A stretch of 64,000 bases of DNA from Callorhinchus milii (taxonomy: Eukaryota), in NCBI RefSeq assembly GCF_018977255.1, contig NW_024704742.1:119972001-120036000 (forward strand), given 5' to 3'. The position numbers and the translations under genes were made by a program. This document shows positions 54,696 through 64,000 of the stretch, one piece after another. Within the stretch, counting starts at the first letter, position 1. Each line of letters starts with the position of its first letter. The notes below the pieces were generated by a model. The model worked only from the letters and a program-made list of their open reading frames with translations. It made no database searches and was not told where the DNA came from.

Positions 54696-56243
54696 ACACT
54701 TAACACAATTTGAAACCAGTCACGTACCGCTAAACACAGGAGAACAGGCCAGTACGAGCTGGACGAGATAAGAAATAAAGATAGTAACACGCACATAAGT
54801 CATCTTTGTCTAACAGGGACGTTATTGTCCTGATGCTGCTAGAATGGTATAAAGATAGGAAGCTTAGAAAGGAAAGGTATCGAAGAAAGGAGGAACACAC
54901 AAGACAGGAGGGCATCTGGCTCAGTGGACTCCAGATCGTGCAAACTACCGACACTGAGAACTCGGAGCAGGAAAAAAGCGACCGACCACTGTGCTTGTTG
55001 CTGGCATTAGGGATTCGGACCAAGACACCAAAGAGGAAGTTTTTGGCGAAGACTACAGAAGACAAGAGGAGCGACCCAACGAGGAGGGACAGTTTAGCTC
55101 TGCTGACTCGGAGGTTGTGCAAGCTGACGATACAGAGACTGTCAGGAGTCGGTGTTACCAAGTGACCAGCTGCCGTGCGTACAGTCGATACTGGAACTTA
55201 GGTAACTGAACGATAGGAGATTGAACCAGTGAAAGCGTAGTAACAGAGGAGCGGAGTTTCAAAGGGATACAGCCAGTATGTATGTAGTATGTAGCCGAGA
55301 CAGTTCAGACAATCAGCTCAATAAGGGACATCGACACATAAGATCATCGAATCCGAAGTGCAGCCAGACGGAAGGGAACGAAAGACGGAGAGAGAGGGGA
55401 AGAGAGCCGTGCAAGGCAGGGGAAAAAAAACAGACCTTGATGAGATCTCCAGGCAAATGCCCAGAAAGCCTGGTAGTATGATTACACCCCCACGAATCCA
55501 CGCAATGTTCCAACTCAGCAATACTAATTCTGAATTGTGTATGTATTTGTTGTAAGATTTATTGAATGTGATTACATGTTGCTTATTGATAGAAACTGCT
55601 GGTATTCAACCAGTTTATAACCATGTTATTTAATCTGTGCCTGTTAACTTGTATCAAACAAAACTATAATTTTAATGCCTACCCTGACTACATGATGTCC
55701 TTGTTGACCCTTGTACTGAAAAATTTACACCCAGACTTTTGTTCACAAAACATTGGAAGAAATTGCAAGTTTGGGACTCCCTCTCTCTACAAAAGGTGTA
55801 TTTGACAGTTGCACTTTCCACACTGTGGCCGTGAGTCAGTTGCACTTTCCACACTGTGGCCGTGTGTCAGTGCTATGCTGTGTTTATTTAGTAATCTACA
55901 GTGTCGGATTAGAGATGGGTATAAAGAGAGAGCAAGTTATATAGACAAATAGAAATTCCAGACAGTTCAAAAAATCAGAATAGCAGAGAAAACTGACACT
56001 ATAGTGACAATGTAACTTCTGATAGAACGTATCATCACATAACAAATTGGCTAAAATGCTAAGAATTCTGTGATAACCACTTGTCTGCACTATTTCCTTA
56101 TCCAAAATAAAGTTGTTCCAAATTTGTGGTGGTCAGCAATTTTCTACTGTAATTCTGTTTTCAATGGTGTGATTAAAGGCTTCAGTAAGACTATTATTAC
56201 AAAGCTTACATTTTATTCATTTCTGCAATATTGCCCATTTCAG

Positions 56244-56335
56244 ATGGAGGACAGCAGATGCAAGAACAGAATCGAGAGTTAAGGAATTGGATCCGAACCC
56301 AACTGTTCAGTGACAGCAATGAAGATTGTTCCTGA
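56244..56335 (+). pseudogene. SGT-like last exon, copy B
   Basis: catttcag|..GGQQMQEQNRELRNWIRTQLFSDSNEDCS*; open to the terminal stop but with deletions relative to SGTA/B. Confidence 0.75.
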
Positions 56336-57279
56336 TCTGCAGTGGTAATTGGGTATTTTGACTTTCCAAATTCGCGTTGTGTGTAATGCATAATGGATTC
56401 CCAGCACATTATTGAAATAGCAGAAAATGTTGACCACGAGTCCCTCAGCTGAATCTTCTGAAGATGGTGTTGCTGCAGTGAAACATTTAAACATTTTAAC
56501 TGGTTTTGGTCTTTCAAATGCTGATAAACCTGAGATTCATAACATTTTATCTTATTTCTTATTTGCTGCTGCAAGTTTTTTAAATTCTCGTATGATGTTT
56601 ATTTAAGAAAGTGGCTATATTAAGTAGGTGAGAGATTACTTCATATTGTTCATGAGAGAATGTTAAAGAATGGTGATCGTTATCAAGTTTTTAATCAATG
56701 TTAGAATGGTGATTGTTATCAAGTTTTTATCCCAGATGTTTGTTCACAAAATATTGAAGGAAAATGCAAGTTAGTTATTCCCTCTCTCTACAGAAAGTAT
56801 ATTTGACTTTGCCCTTATGATGTTTTTTACATTTTGTGTAAACTAAGTTATTGGTGATGTCCTTTCAATTGTTGCATTACAGCTTTACTTCACTTTTGTC
56901 TCAAATAGGGAATGCCTTTATCAATGATGCATATTCTGCCAGCATTCATAACAAGAACTCATCCATTCTAACCCCTGCAGCTTGCATGTTGATAGATTGA
57001 GGCATCTAGTATTGCAATTTACATTCATCCAGTCAATTCAAAAAGTTCACTATTGCTCATGCTGACATATACTGTACAGATATCACATTATAGTCTTTAA
57101 TTTACAAAAATTAAGTCTTAACTGTGTACATATGGATGTTGAAAAAATGCGTACATCCGATAAAGGATCATGCATACACAATGATTTAATTTTCTCAGCA
57201 AAGGTATAAGATAAGGATGGGTGCAAGTGCTCAATGCTATCCAGTAGTTGAGTAAAACTATTACTCGAATACTGGAAAG

Positions 57280-58200
57280 TAACAACAAATTACATTTCTA
57301 TAGCGCCTTTCATGTCAGGAGGACGTCCCAAAGTGCTAGACAGTCAGGGATTTGGATCTGAGCAGGGGGTTGGGATGTTGGGGGTGGAGGATAGGAGGGT
57401 GGCCGAAGGTGCGGTTGAAGTAGAGGATCTTGAGATGTGCATTGAAGGAGGGAAGGGAGTGAGGTGAAGGGACTATAGGATGGAGTTCCAAAGTGTATGA
57501 GCAGAAAGGCTGAAGGCCTGACTGCCGATGGTGGGGTGTGCTGGGCAGGGCACATGGAGCAGGCCGGAGCCTGCTGAACGGACAGGTTAATAAGGGGTTA
57601 GCGGGTCACAGAAGTAGGAAGGGGTGAGGGTGAACTATACTCTGGGAGATGGGGAGCTTGGTGAGGGTGGGGTGATAGGTTCATGGAGCCTGGTGCAGGA
57701 GAGGACATGAGCTGCAACTTGTGGAGGTAAGAGTTGTGAAGACCAACAAGCAGGGAGGTGATGTAGTTGAGCCTAAATGTAATGAATGCGTGAATGGGGG
57801 TTTCGGTGGCCTGAGAGGAGATACAGTGGTGGGGCTGGGTGATGTTGCAGAGGTGGGGAAAGGCAAAGTGGGTCATGGCACGAATGTGGGGTAGAAAGGA
57901 TAGTTGAGAGTTGAGCAAGACGCCAAGGTTCCTGACTGCCCTAGTAAGGTGGAGTGTGCATCCATGAATGGTGATGCTGTCAGCGCCCGAGGTGAGGAGG
58001 TGCTGATGGGAACCAATCAGGAGGGCCTCGATCTTGTTGATATTCAACTTTAGAAAGTTAGCTCTCATCCAGGACTTGATATCTGACAGATGTAGTGTCA
58101 GCACTCCTGGCGTCCAGAGTGGAGGCAGAGAGATAGAGCTGGGTGTCATTGGCATACATGTTGAAGTTGACCCCATGGCTGCAGATAATGTCATCAAGTG
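57280..58200 (-). mobile_element. L2 3' fragment
   Basis: LSDIKSWMRANFLKLNINKIEALLIG. Confidence 0.9.
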
Positions 58201-59424
58201 GTAGCATGGTATTACTGTTATTCATTGTGACAAACAAAGGTTATGAAAGAAATGATTAATATGACCTTGTCACAGTGTCTTACTCTTATTTATGATTTAT
58301 TGAGTTTTGAAGTCCAATCAGTTCTCTCTGTCAGTCGCTTTGGCCTTACTATTATCAATAAAGTGACCAACATCCAATGGGTTGAGGGGAATCGTGACTT
58401 GAGTCAAACAAATTTTTCTAGTATAAGAATTTTTATTTGAATGCAATACTTTTTATCTTCCAGCAATAAACATTAAGTCTGTATCCACTTCTCTTAAATT
58501 CTGCAAAAACTAATGACATTCAACAGTTATCCCTGGCAGAACCCACTACAAGTTCCTATTCAGATGGAGACCTGGAACAATAGTCTAACTCCAAGAGTCC
58601 TCTATTGATCAGTCTGCCCTGGTTGCCTTCAGTTGTTGATATTTATTTACTTTTTTTAATGCGGTCAGCATTGTGATTTTTGTAATAGAATTAATATAAT
58701 CATCAGTGATCTTTTCAATACTCAGGTGATCATTGTGATTCCTTGTTTGGATTGAATATCACACATTTATTAGTGTTTAATCAGAGGTTTCTGATTGCTG
58801 TCATTTCTATCTTATTTATTGTTTACCTAAAAGTATTACTAATTATCAAGATATTGTGATCTAATCAAATATGGTTTTACTCTAGTTTTAATTTTTCTCG
58901 AATGAGTAATTAGGTTAGGCTGTTAACTCTTTTATTCCCCCCCATATTTCCCCTTCTTGCTGCAACTGAGTGGTCACTTTCACACCCGGGTGTAGCAACG
59001 TCTGCTTGTCCTAAATATGTCATGCATGAGCCACGTCTGAAGCTCTTAGTTATTTTGCCAGAATAAAAAGTATGGTGTACATGGTAGCAATGGGAGCAAG
59101 CGATTTACTGATCTCACATTGCCCTGTGCCTCTGCACATAAGCACAAGTGATATTGAAGTGAAGGCAATCCTCGTAATAACAGAGCAGGTTAACTGAATA
59201 ATAACCCGACGAGTGACATGTTTATTATATTTCACAGTAAGTAAATTAGGGAGCCCGCTAAGTGGAGGGAGCAGGCAGGTTGGTAGGGGTTTAGGAGGTC
59301 GCAGAGGTAGGGGCAGCGAGGCCATGGAGGGCTTTGAAGGTGAGGACCAGGATCTTGAACTGTATTCTCTGCATGATGGGAAGCCAGTGGAGTCGGGCGA
59401 GGATGGGGTGATGGGTTGAGGGTC

Positions 59425-60890
59425 TGGAGTAGGTTTTGGGTTAGGGGTTACAGTGAGTGTTAGGTTTTAAGCATTGGGTTTGGGGTTTTCGGTTTTAGGC
59501 ATCGAGTTTGGGGCTAGGGGTTAGGCATTTTCAAATTTCGGGGGTATTTTAACACCAACTTGTGTTCGCGAGGCACTCCTCATGCTGGAGTTTTATCGAA
59601 TTTGGCTCTGGTTCATGAATGTTTTGTTTGATTTGTTGCTTAATTTGTCCCTATTTGTCTGTCTGATTGACAGGCTTGAGGACCATGTGACCCTCTTGTT
59701 GTTTCTCTCCAGCTTGAGTTAGTGTCTGAAAAATATGCATATGAGGCAGTGTGGAAAGTTAAAAGTTTTTAACAAAGACTTTGCCCATGTGATCAATTTG
59801 GTATCCATCAGAAGTCAGTCTGCTCTTTTAAAAGCTATTTTAAATTAGTTTGGGGAGGAAACTCCGATTTTTTTTATTGTTTTTCGCCAAAAACTGGCCT
59901 GACCCTTCATTAGCCGAAATCAGGTTTTAGGAAAATGTTAGGTTTGGGAAAAATCGCATCGTTTCTCGGAGGTCCCGAGCCTGTTTTATTTTTAATATCC
60001 TATCATCACCTCCTGTCAATTTGTTTCCTCTGTGGCACGTAATTGCTCCCCTCAAAACTGGCCGTCCCCTTGGGGACCCCCTTGTTTTTGGTATCACCAT
60101 GACAGGCCCGTAGCTTGGCTTTGACGTGTGTTGACCGATCTGGTTTTTTCATTGGGGAGCGTTTGCCGTGACACTAGAAATATTTTTTAAAAATAAAATT
60201 ACAATTTCGGGGCTCTTTTCACACCAATTTGTGTTCCCCAGGTGTACCTTGTGCTGGAGTTTCATCCAATTTGGCTCGGGCTCCTGAACGTTTTGTCTTA
60301 TCTGAATCGTGGGGTGGGTTATTTTTGGACCCCTTACTGTAATTTTTTGGTGGTAATTTTTTAGGGGTAGGGGTTAGGGCTTTAGGTTTGGTTTAGGGGT
60401 TAGGTTTGTGGTAGTTAGGGTTAGGCCCAACAGGAATTTATTCCTCCCCATGTTCCATGAAGTGTATGTTTATCAATTTGTCCCTACCCTTATGTCTGAT
60501 TGACCGGCTTTAGGCCCAGTGACCACCAATTGCTGTGTTTGGCAGCTGCTGTCTGTGTGGAAGATCAGGAGTCAGTTCGCACACAGACTGTTTGCAGGAG
60601 TCCATCTGCTATTCTAAACTGTATTTGCCAGTAAAGAAGTCCCCATTTTGACTCTTCTGAAAAATTCTTCTGGATCCCGTTTTAATTTTTGTCGACAGGG
60701 GTTATCAGTGGGCCAGAAAGTGAATGTTCAATTTGTCCGCATTCTTATTGCCAGTTTTTGGCCCTGGTCACCTGTTCACGGCCCCCTTTCCCTGAGGTTA
60801 TTAAGAAGTAACCCAGTTTGACCCTTTCCAAAACTTTCTCCTAGAGTTAGGGTTCAAATTTTTCTGTTTGCTTTCTGTTTTACTGGGGGT
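59425..60890 (-). repeat. Mosaic of Penelope-derived fragments with TTAGGG-like tracts
   Basis: Repeated GIY-YIG-end and RT-N-terminal fragments, a ~100-bp direct repeat (59530-59630 / 60203-60300), degenerate ggttaggg runs. Confidence 0.7.
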
Positions 60891-62500
60891 TTAAGCCGTC
60901 TGGTGTCACGGATTGCAGTTTCCTAATCCAGTCCCGCTCCTTCGCTTTCCTCTGTGCTGTGGTCCAGTTCCTATAGAATTCATGACTTCAATCGAATCCC
61001 CCCCCATGTTCTATAAAGTGCCTGCTTATTAATTTGTCCCTATTATTTCTGATTGCACTGAGGTGACCTGTAACTCTTGTCCTCGGTGTGTTACTCGTTT
61101 CCCCCACGTACAAGATCTGGCATTTTTTGCATCTAATTGCATAGATCACATTATTTTGGCCGCACTTAATTTTGTAGTGTGTAGTCACTGATGTCCCCAT
61201 TCTGTTCTCTTTTTTTTGGGGGTGGCTAGATATTTACACATACCGTATTGTGTGTTTCCACAGCCTTTAGTACCTTGTTTTCTCAACCTACTGTTGACTG
61301 ACCAATCTTTGATGTTTCTATTCCTTCTGTATGCAGATACGATTCTGGAGCCCCCTAATGTGGTGACCTCCTTTTTTAATTTCTCAAATTTGTCCTTTAC
61401 CACCCTGTTAATCTGCGTTGTGTAATCCGAGTATGTGGTTATCAGTGGTATAATCTTTTCTGTTTCAGTTTGGGCCCGTGGGGCTATCGGATTCCTCAGA
61501 AATTTGGACTTAATTTGTCTAAGGAAACATTTAGCATATCCCCTCTGTCTGACCGCCGCGAATAATGTTGCTGTGGCCGTTTCGAAATCCTCCTGATTCG
61601 AGCAAATACGGTGGAATCGTATCAGTTGGGACTTAATTAGCCCCTGGAAAGTGTACCGTGGATGGTAGCTTTTCTTGTGAAGTAGGGCATGAGTGTCAGT
61701 GTCTTTAAAGTTGCGCGACAGGGGGTTTAGAAAAGAGTCTATATATTTTGCTACCCTATAGGACTCACTGCCACAGTCGGACACAATGAGTCTGCCAGGT
61801 GGAATTTCACCGGGTACTGTCCAGGAATCCGGGTTTTTATGTACTTTTGGAAGGATGTAGAATCTGCGGGCTCGTGGATTTTCCCCTCCTAAGTATTGTA
61901 ACTGTCTCTGACTGATGTGTTTACTCTTCGTGAGATTTGCCAATGTGTCTTGAATTTCTTGTTGGGTTTCTTTGTATATGGGTTTTGTCAGTTTCCTATA
62001 ATATTCATTGCTATTTAGCTGCCTGTGTACTTCTAAGAGATATTGCTGTCTGTCCATGATTACAATACTGCTGCCTTTGTCTGCTGGTTTCATGACAATA
62101 TCAGGGCATTCCCTGAGTTCCACTAATGCTCGTCTTTCCCTTTTTGTCAGGTTTTGGTTTAGTCTCTTTTGAGGTAGCCTCCCTACCGCTGCCATCGTCT
62201 TGTCCCTTAATGTTAGTAGTTTGGGGTTTATCTGGTTATCGCTAGGGGTCCACCCAGCCGGCTTTGTAAAACTTGTTTGCCTGTTGTCGTCTATCCTCTC
62301 AAATACTTCTGGGTTATGAAAGAAGTCACGCAGTTTGACCCTTCTAAAAAAAATTCTTCTAGATCCTGGCTCAATTTTGGTCGGCAGGGATTATCAGTAG
62401 GCACAAATGTCAGTCCTTTATTTAATACGCTAGCCTGTGCCATTGTAGGCGTGAATGCCTGGGAGACGGTAAGAAAGGTTTATCCCCAGGCCCAGGTCCT
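60890..62500 (-). mobile_element. Penelope-like element RT + GIY-YIG, RT core deleted
   Basis: LNKGLTFVPT; KPADKGSSIVIMD; FYILPKVHK..PPGRLIVSDCGS; thumb SYHP; GIY-YIG VIYAIRCKKCQILYVGET..H..ISRHF. Confidence 0.92.
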
Positions 62501-62524
62501 ACTTTTCTGGGGCTCCTGTGCTTA

Positions 62525-62990
62525 TTAGTTTAAATGTGCTGACCAGTGTTTAATCATGGTCTGGGCTGTGTCTTTTGTCCAATGTATTTTGTTCCCTGTT
62601 CTACCCTGAATTGTTTGGGTGGGATTGCCGGAATGCCCTGTTGTTTATTTTTTATAAATGCATTGACTTCTTCTAGTGTGACCCTCTCGGATGTTCGCAG
62701 ATCCGGGCTGAAATTAATTTCCGCGACCTGGATTTAGGCGTTAGGAAAGTAGTTTTGCCCTTTTCACCGTGGCTTGCAGCTGTTTAGTCGCAGTCTTTGG
62801 CTGCTGACTCTGGTTGTGGATATCGATTGAGAACATGACTTTGCGAGTTTTGTGGCAGGGCTGAGTCCCGCTCAACAAGCAATCTATATGGTGGAAGTTT
62901 GCCTCTGGAAAAGCGTCTACTTGTGTCGCTATTAGGACAACTCCTTATCTTTGTCATGTTCTCATCTCCAATTATCATTACCGGCCTACT
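62525..62990 (-). mobile_element. SGNH-hydrolase-like upstream ORF of the Penelope-like element, frameshifted
   Basis: Manual translation: PVMIIGDEN..QVDAFPEANFHH..VMFSIDIHN..FPNA..INFS..VNAFI..KIHWT..HWSAHLN*. Confidence 0.7.
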
Positions 62991-63279
62991 GGGTTTTAAC
63001 ACCCAGTCTGACCTTTTTCTGTCACGCAGTTTGACCCTTCTAAAAAATTCTTCTAGATTCTGGCTCAATTTTAGTCGGCAGGCGTTATCAGTAGGCACAA
63101 ATGTCAGTCCTTTATTTAATACGCTAGCCTGTGCCATTGTAGGCGTGAATGCCTGGGAGATGTTTATAATGTTTGTCCCCAGGCCCAGGTCCCGCTTTTA
63201 GGTTAGGTTAGGGTTAATAATGAGGATAAGGTTTTTTTGGGTCCAGGTCAGGTGTTGGGGTTTAGTTATTCGCTGGTCT

Positions 63280-64000
63280 AGTCTGTTTTACTGGGTGTTT
63301 AATCTCTCCGTGTCACTATCCGTAACTTCTTGATCCAGTCCCTCTTTCTTTCCCCTGTACTATGGTCCATGCCCATGACTTCCATTGATTCCTCCCCATC
63401 TACAAAATTCTATAAAATGTTTGTTTATTAGTTTGTCCCTATATTTAATGACACTGAGGTGGCCCATGAGCTCTGTGCGAAATGTATTTCCCATTTCCAC
63501 AATATCTAAGCGCTTTGGGATGTCCTCCCGACGTGAAAAGCGCTATATCAAATGCAAGGATTATTATTATGTAAGATATGGCATCTTTTGCATCTAATTG
63601 CACATCTAATTGGTATAATTTTTCCAGCTTCTGTTTGGGCCCATGGGGGTGCCAGGTTACCAAGGAATTTGGACTTGATTCCCCTGAGGACTTGTTTAGT
63701 GTAACCCCCTCTGACTGCTGTAAACAGTGTTGTGGTTGCCCTCAAATCCTCCCAATTTGAGCAAATTCGGTGGAATGGTGTTAGGTGGGATTTGATCAGG
63801 CCCCGGAAGGTGTGTTGCGGGTGGTAGCTTTTAGTGTGTAGTAGCGCGCGTGTGTCCATTTCCTTAAAGTATACTTTTGTACCTAGTTTGTGGTTGTCGT
63901 CTTCCCTTTTGTACACTGTGGTGTCCAGGAAGTTTATCCTATATTTATCTGTTACTGCCTTTACTTTAATAGAGCGGTGGTGGTTGTTTAATATGTTCAT
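63280..64000 (-). mobile_element. Second Penelope-like copy (RT C-terminus, thumb, GIY-YIG) with a SINE tail at ~63508-63570
   Basis: INFLDTTVYK..YFKEMDTRALLHTKSYHPQHTFRGLIKS; AIRCKRC. Confidence 0.9.

Larger units (their letters stand above)
46449..56335 (+). pseudogene. Unprocessed SGTA/SGTB-like (small glutamine-rich TPR co-chaperone) pseudogene
   Basis: Ordered exon remnants with splice sites, indels and stops; terminal exon present twice. Confidence 0.85.

Noticed and set aside
55807..55870. CRISPR-like direct repeats
   Set aside because: Two-unit tandem duplication without spacers in eukaryotic DNA.
59880..59915. Hammerhead-like CTAATGA...GAAA on the minus strand
   Set aside because: Core is mutated and the hairpin does not abut the core box.
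59425..60425. True telomere or interstitial telomeric array
   Set aside because: Short, degenerate and embedded in TE fragments.

Overview
Vertebrate genomic DNA. The repeats (a tRNA-headed SINE sharing its 3' tail with an L2 LINE, CR1 remnants, Penelope-like elements) resemble those I recall from cartilaginous fish, probably a holocephalan such as elephant shark (inference). No intact protein-coding exon was recognised. 1-15.5 kb is AT-rich and relatively TE-poor, probably intronic. 15.9-17.85 kb is a microsatellite-rich promoter/first-exon-like island, most likely of a minus-strand gene. 19-59 kb is TE-dense. Between the TEs lie decayed exons, in correct order and with splice sites, of two unprocessed pseudogenes arranged head-to-head: an M3 oligopeptidase (NLN/THOP1-like, minus, ~37.4-43.7 kb) and an SGT co-chaperone (SGTA/SGTB-like, plus, ~46.4-56.3 kb). 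This mirrors the SGTB-NLN and SGTA-THOP1 pairs and may be a lost third ohnologous pair. 59.4-64 kb is a mosaic of partial Penelope-like elements with RT, GIY-YIG, an upstream SGNH-esterase-like ORF and TTAGGG-like spacers. All protein comparisons were made by eye against remembered sequences and need confirming by alignment.
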